From an uncultured Emergencia sp. (lineage in GTDB: Bacteria > Bacillota > Clostridia > Peptostreptococcales > Anaerovoracaceae), in the NCBI GenBank assembly GCA_944388465.1, contig CALXJA010000033.1:1-47970 (forward strand): a stretch of 47,970 nt of DNA, written 5' to 3'. A program made the translations under genes and the position numbers. The first letter of the stretch is position 1. Each line of letters begins with the position of its first letter. Positions 28,639-37,448 of this stretch are shown piece by piece. Below the pieces are notes generated by a model. The model did not search any database. It was not told the origin of the DNA and saw nothing but the letters and a program-made list of their open reading frames with translations.

Positions 28639-28926
28639 TTAATTGATCGTGCCGTCCTCGTCTGCCATAATCGCGTCAAATTCTGCAACGACATTCTGGA
28701 ACAGGTCGTCGTCTTCGATGTCCACCAGTTCGAACTCGTCTTCTCCAACCTCGTTATAGCCGTAAATATAAACGTCATCAGAATCGTCAAGGGGTATCAG
28801 AGCAATGTAGTCCTTGCCGTTGTAATCAAAAACCCCCATGATCTCGCATTCCAGTTCGGTACCATCCTCAAATTCCAGCGTGATGATATCCGCTTCGTCC
28901 TGCACGTTGTTTCTGTTGTCTGCCAT
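28639..28926 (-). CDS. DUF1292 domain protein
   Basis: Small, very acidic; ITLEFEDG...YIALIP...IEDDDLFQNV pattern. Confidence 0.88.
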   Translation of the reverse strand: MADNRNNVQDEADIITLEFEDGTELECEIMGVFDYNGKDYIALIPLDDSDDVYIYGYNEVGEDEFELVDIEDDDLFQNVVAEFDAIMADEDGTIN

Positions 28927-28983
28927 ACTGATCCTCCATTTTCGTTTTCGTTATTGTTAATATACCATCAAAGGCTGAATTTA

Positions 28984-30819
28984 TCAACTAAAATATTCTT
29001 TTATCTTTTCGGCCACAGCTTCTGTAATTCCCGGTACTTCCCGCAGTTCCTCCAGAGAAGCCTTCTTTATTGCCTCCACGGTCTGAAAATGGCTGAGCAG
29101 TGCATTTCTGCGCGTAGGCCCTACTCCCGGAATATCATCCAGCACCGAATGTATCGCATGTTTATTCCGTAAAGACCGGTGATAGTCAATGGCAAAGCGA
29201 TGCACCTCTTCCTGAATCGTACCGGCGTACCGGAAAAGGATCGGCCGATCCCGCAGCAGGATTTCCCTGCCGTCTTCAAACACGATGGCTCTGGTCCGAT
29301 GGCTGTCGTCTTTCGCCATGCCGACTACAGGAATGTCCAGCATCATCGCACGGAGAACCTTTTTCGCGGCGCTGACCTGCCCCTGTCCTCCATCCATAAA
29401 GATCGCGTCCGGCATTTTCGCAAAAGCCGGATCACCTGCCTTTGCCCGTTTAAAGCGGCGGTAGAGCATTTCCTGCAGGCTGCCGTAATCATCAGCTCCC
29501 TCTATGGTCTTGATCTTAAAGCGCCGGTAATCCTTCCTGATCTTTTTCAGTCCTTCAAAGACGACCATAGCGCCCACAGAGTCGACTCCGTTGGTATTGG
29601 AAATATCGTAGGACTCGATCCGATACATCGGCTTCCGTTCAAACGCACAGCCGGACTCCTGCAGCACGTACTCCACCTGCTCCCGCACGGCGTCCTGTTT
29701 CTCCTGGTTCAGTCTGGCTTTTTCTGACAGCGTTTTGACCATTTCAATGCAGTCGCTCTGCGCCATCCGCAGCAGAGCCCGTTTTTCGCCTTTCTGCGGT
29801 ACATAGATCCTGACCTTGTGCCCTTCCCGGCTCAGGAAGGTTTCCAGCAGCTCTTTATCCTCCGGTATGCTTTCTACCAGGATCTCCGGCGGCACGCTGG
29901 CCCACTGGCTGTAATACTGCTGGATAAACGCTGAGACCATTTCCGTCCTGCTGTCATTTTCGTCTGTCTGGATCTGGAAAGTCTCTCTGCCGCTGAGTTT
30001 CCCGTTTCGCACGGTAAACAGCGCGATAAAGGAATTTTTTTCATCCTTGACCGGAAGCACCACATCCAGATCCTTATCCTGGGTCATCGTCACACGCTGC
30101 GTTTCGGAAATCGCCTTGATGGAAGCGATATAATCCCGATATTTTGCTGCTTCTTCAAACTCCAACGCGTCAGAGGCCTGCTGCATCCTTCCCTCCAGAC
30201 TGCGCAGCAGCGGCTTTTCTTTTCCGCTCAGAAATTCCAGGATACGATCGATAGATTCCCGGTACTCTTCCCGGCTTACCTTTCCTGTACAGACGCCCCG
30301 GCACTGGTTAATATGAAAGTTGAGACACGGTCTGTGATTCTGCGGAAATTCTCTTGCCGAGCATCGTTTGAGACGATAGATCCCGGACAGCAGATCGACG
30401 ATCTGATTGACTGCGCCTGCATCGCTGTAGGGACCAAAATAGCGGTTACCGTCTCTGGAAATCCGCCTTGTCTTTACTACGCGCGGATAGTCCTCGCTGG
30501 TGGTAACCATAATATAGGGATAGGTCTTGTCGTCACGCAGAAGCACATTGTACTTCGGCATGTATTTCTTGATCAGATTACATTCCAGGATCAGCGCTTC
30601 CATTTCCGAACTGCAGGTGATATATTCAAACTCGGCTATATGCGAAACCATAGCTCTGACCTTGGGATTCGTCCTGGCTGAGCTTTGAAAATACTGCCGG
30701 ACTCTGTTTCGCAGGGAAATGGCTTTTCCTACGTAGATGATCTGCCCCAGTTTATCCTTATGCATATAAACTCCCGGACAATCCGGGAGTTTTTTCAGAT
30801 TTTCTTTTATATCGAACAT
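28984..30819 (-). CDS. uvrC: Excinuclease ABC subunit C
   Basis: GIY-YIG (PGVYMH...YVGKA), UVR domain, RIESYDISN, DGGQGQ, HhH GVGPTRR. Start at ATG 30819. Confidence 0.97.
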   Translation of the reverse strand: MFDIKENLKKLPDCPGVYMHKDKLGQIIYVGKAISLRNRVRQYFQSSARTNPKVRAMVSHIAEFEYITCSSEMEALILECNLIKKYMPKYNVLLRDDKTYPYIMVTTSEDYPRVVKTRRISRDGNRYFGPYSDAGAVNQIVDLLSGIYRLKRCSAREFPQNHRPCLNFHINQCRGVCTGKVSREEYRESIDRILEFLSGKEKPLLRSLEGRMQQASDALEFEEAAKYRDYIASIKAISETQRVTMTQDKDLDVVLPVKDEKNSFIALFTVRNGKLSGRETFQIQTDENDSRTEMVSAFIQQYYSQWASVPPEILVESIPEDKELLETFLSREGHKVRIYVPQKGEKRALLRMAQSDCIEMVKTLSEKARLNQEKQDAVREQVEYVLQESGCAFERKPMYRIESYDISNTNGVDSVGAMVVFEGLKKIRKDYRRFKIKTIEGADDYGSLQEMLYRRFKRAKAGDPAFAKMPDAIFMDGGQGQVSAAKKVLRAMMLDIPVVGMAKDDSHRTRAIVFEDGREILLRDRPILFRYAGTIQEEVHRFAIDYHRSLRNKHAIHSVLDDIPGVGPTRRNALLSHFQTVEAIKKASLEELREVPGITEAVAEKIKEYFS

Positions 30820-30820
30820 A

Positions 30821-32131
30821 TCAGAACCGCCAGTCTCTCTCTCTTCGCTCCTCTTCCCTGCGCATCTCTTCCTTTGCAATTTCCATGATCCTTTTCTGTT
30901 TCAACCGTTTTTTCCTGCGCTTGTACCGCATCCTGGTTATGCTGACCCAGATACAAAGCAACAGGAAAATACCGGCCGCGATCCCCAGCATAACGGCTGT
31001 GGTATTGGAAATTCCCAGATAAGATGTAAACCATCCTTCTTTGACGTTTTCCTTTACGATCAGATCCACCTCGTTGACCAGTTCGTCGGCAGCGTAAATT
31101 TGCAGAGTCCCTGCAACGTCACCTTTTTTTACCGGTGCTTCCAGATCATCCCGCATGACAACCCGTGTGCTGATCAGTGATTCCGATGCTTCCGCAGGCA
31201 GATAAGCGTACCCGGTCTCTGCCGTATACGTTTCTAACCGGGTCTTCGCCCCGTGTTTGATCCGGACTTTTCCCATTTCCTCGCCTTTACCGACAACCCT
31301 TATGCCTTCTATGGCCGAGTTGGCGTAGGTGATCAGCTTTTCCACGTCTTTGCTTCTCTGCTCGGTCGTATCGCCAAGCAGTACGATATAGAAATGAAGT
31401 CCGTTCTTTTTGTAGCCTAAAGCGATGCTGCAGTCGTCATCTGCCCAATAGCCGGTTTTCCCTGCATAAACGCCGGAATCGCTGTCCTTGAGAAACTCGA
31501 TATGGGTCTTCAGCGTCCTTGCTTCACTTTTATTGGTTTTCTCTACCCGATAGACCTGCGCGCCGGCCGCCTTTCTGACAATATCGCTGGAAAGCGCCGC
31601 TTTCGTAATCAGCATCATATCGTAAGCTGTGGTATAGTGGTTTTTGTTCTGCAGCCCGCTGGGATTGGTAAAATGTGTATTTTCACATCCGATATTGGCT
31701 GCCGTCTTATTCATCAGCTTCGTAAAGCTTTCCATATCCCCGGAAACCGCTTCTCCCAGCGCATAAGCCGCATCGTTTCCGGATGGCAGCATTGCGCCGT
31801 AAATCAGATCCTCCACAGTGACCACTTCTCCTGCCTGCAGATCCATGGTAGATCCCGGCTGCGACGCCGCTTTTTCGGAGACCGTCACTTCCTTGTCAAG
31901 AGGCAGATTCTGCACCGCCAGCAGCACGGTCATCAGTTTCGTCACACTGTACGGATCAATTCTCTGTTCCCGATTCTTTTCGTATATGATTTCTCCTGTA
32001 TTCTGGCAGTATACCACTGCCCCTTTTGCGGTGATCTCCGGCTTTTCCTGCTGTGCGGCAAAAGCCGGAACTGCTGAAACAAGCAAAAGCAAAATGGCCA
32101 ATGCCGTAATCAATAATCGTTTTCTATTCAT
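30821..32131 (-). CDS. D-alanyl-D-alanine carboxypeptidase (peptidase S11) with C-terminal TM anchor
   Basis: Signal peptide, SVTK (SxxK), SGN (SxN), KTG, PBP5 C-domain, TM helix plus charged tail. Confidence 0.92.
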   Translation of the reverse strand: MNRKRLLITALAILLLLVSAVPAFAAQQEKPEITAKGAVVYCQNTGEIIYEKNREQRIDPYSVTKLMTVLLAVQNLPLDKEVTVSEKAASQPGSTMDLQAGEVVTVEDLIYGAMLPSGNDAAYALGEAVSGDMESFTKLMNKTAANIGCENTHFTNPSGLQNKNHYTTAYDMMLITKAALSSDIVRKAAGAQVYRVEKTNKSEARTLKTHIEFLKDSDSGVYAGKTGYWADDDCSIALGYKKNGLHFYIVLLGDTTEQRSKDVEKLITYANSAIEGIRVVGKGEEMGKVRIKHGAKTRLETYTAETGYAYLPAEASESLISTRVVMRDDLEAPVKKGDVAGTLQIYAADELVNEVDLIVKENVKEGWFTSYLGISNTTAVMLGIAAGIFLLLCIWVSITRMRYKRRKKRLKQKRIMEIAKEEMRREEERRERDWRF

Positions 32132-32209
32132 CAATCTCCGTATTCCTGTTTTTTGTTTTTTTCAGCGTCTGAACAGACCATTTCCTGTTCCTCCGGCGAA
32201 GCTGTGCAA

Positions 32210-33421
32210 TCAGGCGCCAAAGAAATAATCTGCAAGTGCAAATCCGCTGTCGAACCGGCTGCCCTTTTCTCCGGACCGCTCGTGAAACTGTCTGCTTTCG
32301 TCTGCCGGTTTTTCTTCACGGCTGTCATAAATGACGAACGGAACCGGCGTAGCGGTATGTGTGCGTAAAGCCAGCGGTGTTCGATGATCAGGAACCTCCA
32401 GTACTCTGAATTCCTCTCCATCTTCGCGCAGCGCTTCTACGATCGGGCGGAGAACCTTCTGGTCAATATCCTGCAGACACTGGATCTTCCCTTCCCGATC
32501 TCCCTGATGGGAACATTCATCCGGACCTTCTAAATGGACATAGACAAAATCCCTGCCGCTGCGGAATGCGTGAATCGCCGCGTCAGCCTTGCCTTTAAAA
32601 TTCGTATGAAGCGTGCCGGTAGCGCCCTCGACCTCTGCAATGTCCAGTCCTGCACAGATGGCAATTCCTTTGATCAGATCCACTGCACTGATGACGGTTC
32701 CCTGAAGCTTATACTTTTCGCAGAAGGAAGAAAGCTGCGGCTTTTTCCCCTGTCCCCATATCCATAAGGAGTTTGCCGGATTCAATCCCCGCTCTATCCG
32801 CTTGCGGTTGACCGGATGATCTCGCAGGATCTCATAGCTTCTGCACATCATCTCTGTAATAAATTCACTGCCTTCTCCTTTCGGCAGATGGTCGCCTACA
32901 CGCTGTTCCAGCACATCGTGAGGCGGTGTCAGTTCAAATCCGGTGCCGCCGTCATGAACGATCATACAATGGCGATAGCTGGTTCCCGTATAAAAGTGTA
33001 TCCTTTCATCAGCAAACGCCGCATTGACCGCCTGAATCAGTTCATCGGCTTCCTCTGTCGTGATATCGCCGGAGCTGTGATCCTTGATGATCAGATCTTC
33101 ATAGTCGCCTTCACCCTCCAGTGTGATGATATTGGTTCTGAATGCCACATCCGTATCGGTCATATGGATCCCGATACTGGCCGCTTCCAGCGGAGAACGG
33201 CCTGTCAGATACACTGCCGGATCATAGCCCATGACAGACAGATTCGCCGCGTCACTTCCCGGCGCTACGCCATCAGGAATGGTACGCACCATTCCTACTT
33301 CTCCTCTGGCCGCCAGGCCGTCGATAAAGGGAAGATCCGCTGCTTCCAGCGGCGTTTTCCCGCCTAATTCTTCTATTTTTTCATCTCCGGCTCCGTCCGG
33401 AACCAAAACTAAATATTTCAT
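32210..33421 (-). CDS. Cofactor-independent phosphoglycerate mutase-like protein (ApgM/archaeal type, AlkP superfamily)
   Basis: DGAGD, KTPLEAA, PGSDAANLSVMGY, GRSPLEA, HLEGPDECSH, PDHRTP...RTH. Confidence 0.88.
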   Translation of the reverse strand: MKYLVLVPDGAGDEKIEELGGKTPLEAADLPFIDGLAARGEVGMVRTIPDGVAPGSDAANLSVMGYDPAVYLTGRSPLEAASIGIHMTDTDVAFRTNIITLEGEGDYEDLIIKDHSSGDITTEEADELIQAVNAAFADERIHFYTGTSYRHCMIVHDGGTGFELTPPHDVLEQRVGDHLPKGEGSEFITEMMCRSYEILRDHPVNRKRIERGLNPANSLWIWGQGKKPQLSSFCEKYKLQGTVISAVDLIKGIAICAGLDIAEVEGATGTLHTNFKGKADAAIHAFRSGRDFVYVHLEGPDECSHQGDREGKIQCLQDIDQKVLRPIVEALREDGEEFRVLEVPDHRTPLALRTHTATPVPFVIYDSREEKPADESRQFHERSGEKGSRFDSGFALADYFFGA

Positions 33422-33479
33422 TTTTTCCCTTTCTTTAAATTCTGCAGAATCAGATCGTGCCGCTGTTACGCGTCAGCAT

Positions 33480-33547
33480 AAAAAGAGGCTAAAGCATTTC
33501 CGTACGGTTTTCCTTTACGTGTACCGCCTGCCACGCTTCAGCCTCTT
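33480..33547 (-). terminator. Terminator-like hairpin between serC and the ApgM-like gene
   Basis: AAGAGGCTGAAGCGT / ATGCTTTAGCCTCTT 15-bp stem (G-U pairs), 35-nt loop, U-tract. Confidence 0.55.
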
Positions 33548-33618
33548 CGCAATAATCTCTGACGAGTTGAGTTGACTATGCTTTCAGGCAAGCAGCCGCC
33601 CCGCGCAACACGCCGTTT

Positions 33619-34710
33619 TTATTTATTCTCTGCCTCAAATTTTTTCATAAATTCGATCAGCTTATCAACGCCTTCCATCGGCATAGCGTTGTAAATGCTG
33701 GCTCTCATTCCTCCAACCGTCCGGTGTCCGTTGAGGTTGACCATGCCCTCAGCCTTCGCCTCAGCTACAAATTTTTTGTCCAGTTCCGTATCGCCGGTCA
33801 CAAAGACTACATTCATCAGCGACCGGTCTTCTTTGGCTACCGGACACTTGTACAAGCTGCTGCTGTCGATATAAGCGTAAAGCTTTTCGGCTTTCTCCAC
33901 ATCCTGTCTGTGCATGGCTGCAACACCGCCGGTTTCCAGGATCAGCTTAAATACCTGGCCGGCAATATAGATAGCAAAGCACGGCGGTGTATTGTACATC
34001 GATCCCTTATCCGCATGCGTCTTGTAATTCAGATAGGTCGGAACTTTTTCCCCTGCAAAGCCCAGCAGATCTTCCCGAATGATAACAATGGTCATACCGG
34101 CCGGACCGACATTTTTCTGTGCTCCGGCAAAAATCAGGCCGAAACGGCTGACATCTATCTCTTCACTCAGAATGCAGCTGGACATATCCGCAACCAGCGG
34201 AATATCTCCGGTATCCGGGATCTCATTGTAATGCGTGCCGTAGATCGTATTGTTGTAGCACACATATACATAATCGGCATCCGGGCGGATATCTTCTTTC
34301 CCGAACTTCGGAATGTAGGTGAAGGTATCCTCTTCGGAACTGGCAATTACCCGGATATCGCCGTATTTACAGGCTTCCTGCCAGGCTTTCTTGGCCCAGG
34401 AACCGGTAACGACGTAATCTGCTTTTTTGGAGTTTCTCAGCAGATTCAGCGGTACCATGGCAAACTGGAGCGTCCCTCCGCCCTGAAGGAATAAAACCTT
34501 GTAATTATCCGGGATATTCATCAGCTCTCGTAAATTGGCTTCTGCATCTTCGATGATCTTTTCAAATTCCTTTGAGCGGTGACTCATTTCCATCACAGAC
34601 TGTCCGCAGCCCTCGTAATTCGCCAGGTTTGCTGCTGCATCTTCGATCACGCTGAGCGGCAACATTGACGGGCCTGCAGAAAAATTAAATACTCGATCTT
34701 GATTCGTCAT
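33619..34710 (-). CDS. serC: Phosphoserine aminotransferase
   Basis: FNFSAGPS, EMSHRS, LQGG, NNTIYG, DMSS, PLP lysine in GAQKN, NTPP, GHRTVGGMRASIYNA. Confidence 0.97.
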   Translation of the reverse strand: MTNQDRVFNFSAGPSMLPLSVIEDAAANLANYEGCGQSVMEMSHRSKEFEKIIEDAEANLRELMNIPDNYKVLFLQGGGTLQFAMVPLNLLRNSKKADYVVTGSWAKKAWQEACKYGDIRVIASSEEDTFTYIPKFGKEDIRPDADYVYVCYNNTIYGTHYNEIPDTGDIPLVADMSSCILSEEIDVSRFGLIFAGAQKNVGPAGMTIVIIREDLLGFAGEKVPTYLNYKTHADKGSMYNTPPCFAIYIAGQVFKLILETGGVAAMHRQDVEKAEKLYAYIDSSSLYKCPVAKEDRSLMNVVFVTGDTELDKKFVAEAKAEGMVNLNGHRTVGGMRASIYNAMPMEGVDKLIEFMKKFEAENK

Positions 34711-34747
34711 TTCATCACCCTCCATGTAAATTTCATATATGCAAAAT

Positions 34748-34794
34748 ATTATAGCACTTTAGTCCTTGAAAGTAAAGTGACAAAGTGTTATAAT
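34748..34794. promoter_or_regulatory. Overlapping divergent sigma-A promoters for serC (-) and serA (+)
   Basis: Minus: TTTACT-17-TATAAT (34776-34748). Plus: TTGAAA-17-TATAAT (34766-34794). Both have the extended TG. Confidence 0.75.
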
Positions 34795-34832
34795 TCAACT
34801 TAAAATTACTAAAGAATTAGGAGGTACTCAGC

Positions 34833-35981
34833 ATGTACAAAATTGCAACATTAAACAAGATTTCACCGGTGGGTCTCGCCCGTCTTTCTGACAAATACAC
34901 TATTTCCGATGAAGTCTCCTGTTCCTCTGGTATTTTAGTAAGAAGTCAGGATATGCACGAAATGGAGCTGGGCAAAGAGGTTCTTGCCATCGCAAGAGCC
35001 GGTGCAGGCGTTAACAATATTCCACTGGACAAATGTGCACAGGCCGGTATCGTCGTATTTAACACTCCGGGCGCCAACGCCAACGCGGTAAAGGAACTGG
35101 TCATCGCCGGTCTGCTGCTTTCCGCCAGAAACATTCCGGCTGCTCTGAACTGGGTCGGCACATTGACGGAAAACGTCGGTAAAACCGTAGAAAAAGGCAA
35201 AAGTCAGTTTGCAGGCGGAGAAATCAAAGGCAAAACTCTGGGCGTCATCGGTCTTGGCGCTATCGGCGTACTCGTTGCCAACGCCGCCAGCGACCTGGGA
35301 ATGCAAGTCATCGGCTACGATCCGTTTTTCAGCACCCGGTCCGCGCTCAGTCTCTATCCTTCCACAGAGGTAAAGGAAGACATCAGCGACGTTCTTCCTC
35401 TCTGCGATTATGTAACCATTCACGTCCCTGCTATGGATTCCACCAAGGGAATGTTTAACCGGGAACTTCTGGGAAAAATGAAGGACAGCGCCGTCCTGCT
35501 CAATTTTTCCAGAGACAAACTGGTCAACGAGGCGGATCTACTGGATGCACTGGAAAAAGACCAGCTCCGCGGCTATGTAACGGATTTTCCTACTGACGGC
35601 ATCATCGGAAAAGAAAAAATCATACTGCTCCCTCACCTGGGTGCTTCCACTGCAGAAGCGGAGGACAACTGCGCTTCTATGGCAGTCGACCAGATCATGG
35701 ACTACATCGAAAACGGCAATATCACCAACTCGGTCAATTTCCCGGCCGTAAATCTGGGCGCCATCCACGGCGATACCCGCATCGCTGTCATCACCAAAGG
35801 TGAACCAAATCCGGTCAAACTGGCTGCCGCCATGTTTGCTGATCTTCCGCTCAACGCCATAGCCGGCAATGTACGCGGAGAATACGGCTATGCTCTGGTT
35901 TCGACCAATGAGCGGGTAAAATCCGTTCCAAAGGTCGACGGCGTGATTCGCGTCAGAGTGATTCAGTCCGACGAGTGCTGA
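34833..35981 (+). CDS. serA: D-3-phosphoglycerate dehydrogenase with C-terminal ACT-like domain
   Basis: ARAGAGVNNI, NTPGANANAVKE, GLGAIG, TDFP, PHLGASTAEAE, SVNFP. Confidence 0.92.
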   Translation: MYKIATLNKISPVGLARLSDKYTISDEVSCSSGILVRSQDMHEMELGKEVLAIARAGAGVNNIPLDKCAQAGIVVFNTPGANANAVKELVIAGLLLSARNIPAALNWVGTLTENVGKTVEKGKSQFAGGEIKGKTLGVIGLGAIGVLVANAASDLGMQVIGYDPFFSTRSALSLYPSTEVKEDISDVLPLCDYVTIHVPAMDSTKGMFNRELLGKMKDSAVLLNFSRDKLVNEADLLDALEKDQLRGYVTDFPTDGIIGKEKIILLPHLGASTAEAEDNCASMAVDQIMDYIENGNITNSVNFPAVNLGAIHGDTRIAVITKGEPNPVKLAAAMFADLPLNAIAGNVRGEYGYALVSTNERVKSVPKVDGVIRVRVIQSDEC

Positions 35982-36001
35982 GACTGGTGCTAACTAATAA
36001 G

Positions 36002-36235
36002 GGATTATAGGACAGAAATCGTTGGCAAAACCGCTATGACTGTTGAGAATTCAACGGTTATAGCGGTTTTATCCTGTTTAAACAGGATACACCTGCACCG
36101 CGATGCCGCTGAATTAGAGAAGGGTGACCATGTTGCCAAAAAACAAGGAAAATGGAATTTCAGTCAACATTGCTTTTCGGCGACTTTTTATGCTGCTTTT
36201 ATGCGGCTTTACAAACTCACTTTGTCCTATAACCC
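36002..36235. mobile_element. Possible MITE-like non-coding element
   Basis: Terminal inverted repeats GGATTATAGGACAGA / TTTGTCCTATAACCC (13/15 match, 10-bp exact core) with an internal 44-bp palindrome. No transposase and no clear target duplication. Confidence 0.35.
36027..36070. repeat. Palindromic repeat copy 1 (also a plausible serA terminator)
   Basis: AAAACCGCTATGACTGTTGA-GAAT-TCAACGGTTATAGCGGTTTT. Confidence 0.8.
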
Positions 36236-36259
36236 TCCTGTAACCCGTCCCATAACGCC

Positions 36260-36290
36260 AAAAGAGAGACAGCCGCCAAACTGTCTCTCT
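36260..36290 (-). terminator. Terminator after the NlpC/P60 genes
   Basis: AGAGAGACAG / CTGTCTCTCT stem followed by T-tract on the minus strand. Confidence 0.65.
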
Positions 36291-36299
36291 CGTTTTATC

Positions 36300-37433
36300 T
36301 TATTCTACTATGCGTCGTACTGCAATGACCGGTCCTGTATACGTCGTGCCTGTCACCGCAATGCCCATTCGCTCGTTCACTGCGTGAACAACCTGTCCGC
36401 CGCCGATATAGATGGCGACATGACCATAATAGCAAATGAGATCTCCGGGCTGTGCCTCTGCCAGCGATACCCCTCTGCCGTAGCTTCGCATCACGCCGGC
36501 GTCGTGCGCCATGGTAATCCCGAAATTGCGGAATACGGAAAGGACGAAGCCCGAACAATCCGCACCGCCGGTCAGGCTGGTTCCGCCGTATACATATGGA
36601 TTACCGACAAATTGCAGGGCATAACTGGCGATTGCCTGCCCGCTGCCAGAATAGGTATTTCCTTCTGTTGCTGCGGAGCGGGTGCCCGTACCCTTGATAA
36701 CAATGCGATTTTTCGCTTTTTTAATTACCTCTGAACTCTGTACTTCGGTCTTCGTAACTACGCCGTTTTCCGTTGTAACCAGTTCAGTGACTTTTTTCGT
36801 TCCGTAAGAACCTTTTTGCTTGACGACCGTATTGTTCTTCAGCACCTTTGAAGATTTTCTGGTAATCGTCTTGTATTTGATCTGCTTTTCTGATGTGATC
36901 CGCTGTGTCGTCGTAACCGTCACCATCGGATTCGTCTGATAGAGTTTGATCTCATCTCCCGGATAGAGCATTTCCAGATCGGCATCCCGATTCATCTCTT
37001 CGATCTCTTCCAGAGAAAGATCGTGATCCTCGGCGATTGCCCAAAGGCTGTCGCCTTCCTTCACGGTATAGGTAATGCGCTCTTTCGTTCCGGAAAGAAT
37101 GTACTCTACAGCCTCATCTACAGTAAATACTTCCGGGCTGTCGGAAACACTGTAGGTCGTCATCTCCACCGTCATCGCCGGAGTGCACTCGATAGCTATA
37201 ACCTCCGCACCCTCTTCGATATAGCTGCGCTTCACATCTTTGATCACTTGCTTGGCGCTGCTTTCCGAGGTCAGAACCGCTACGGTCTTACCGCCGATCT
37301 TGACGTCCCAGTAATCCTCATAAGCATAAGCCTCTATGGTTGTGATGACTACTGCGGCCAGAACAGCGACGGAAAGAGCAATAACTCCTGCGATCACGCA
37401 TTTCTTTGCTGTAAACCGTTTTAACACATTCAT
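36300..37433 (-). CDS. Peptidoglycan endopeptidase: N-terminal anchor, LysM, G5, NlpC/P60
   Basis: LysM YTVKEGDSLWAIA...LYPGDEI, G5 repeat (KQKGSYG...IVIKGT), NlpC/P60 GNPYVYGG...DCSGFV...GHVAIY...HA. Confidence 0.92.
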   Translation of the reverse strand: MNVLKRFTAKKCVIAGVIALSVAVLAAVVITTIEAYAYEDYWDVKIGGKTVAVLTSESSAKQVIKDVKRSYIEEGAEVIAIECTPAMTVEMTTYSVSDSPEVFTVDEAVEYILSGTKERITYTVKEGDSLWAIAEDHDLSLEEIEEMNRDADLEMLYPGDEIKLYQTNPMVTVTTTQRITSEKQIKYKTITRKSSKVLKNNTVVKQKGSYGTKKVTELVTTENGVVTKTEVQSSEVIKKAKNRIVIKGTGTRSAATEGNTYSGSGQAIASYALQFVGNPYVYGGTSLTGGADCSGFVLSVFRNFGITMAHDAGVMRSYGRGVSLAEAQPGDLICYYGHVAIYIGGGQVVHAVNERMGIAVTGTTYTGPVIAVRRIVE

Positions 37434-37448
37434 AACAAGCCTTTTCTG

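Noticed and set aside
33422-33618. Possible T-box leader before the ApgM-like gene (AGGCGGTACACG resembles the T-box motif)
   Set aside because: The motif is degenerate, lies inside the terminator loop, and there is no room for stem I or a specifier loop after the serC stop.
36036-36734. 232-aa plus-strand ORF considered as a transposase for the MITE-like element
   Set aside because: Mostly antisense to the NlpC/P60 gene, starts inside a palindrome, and has no DDE or HUH motif.
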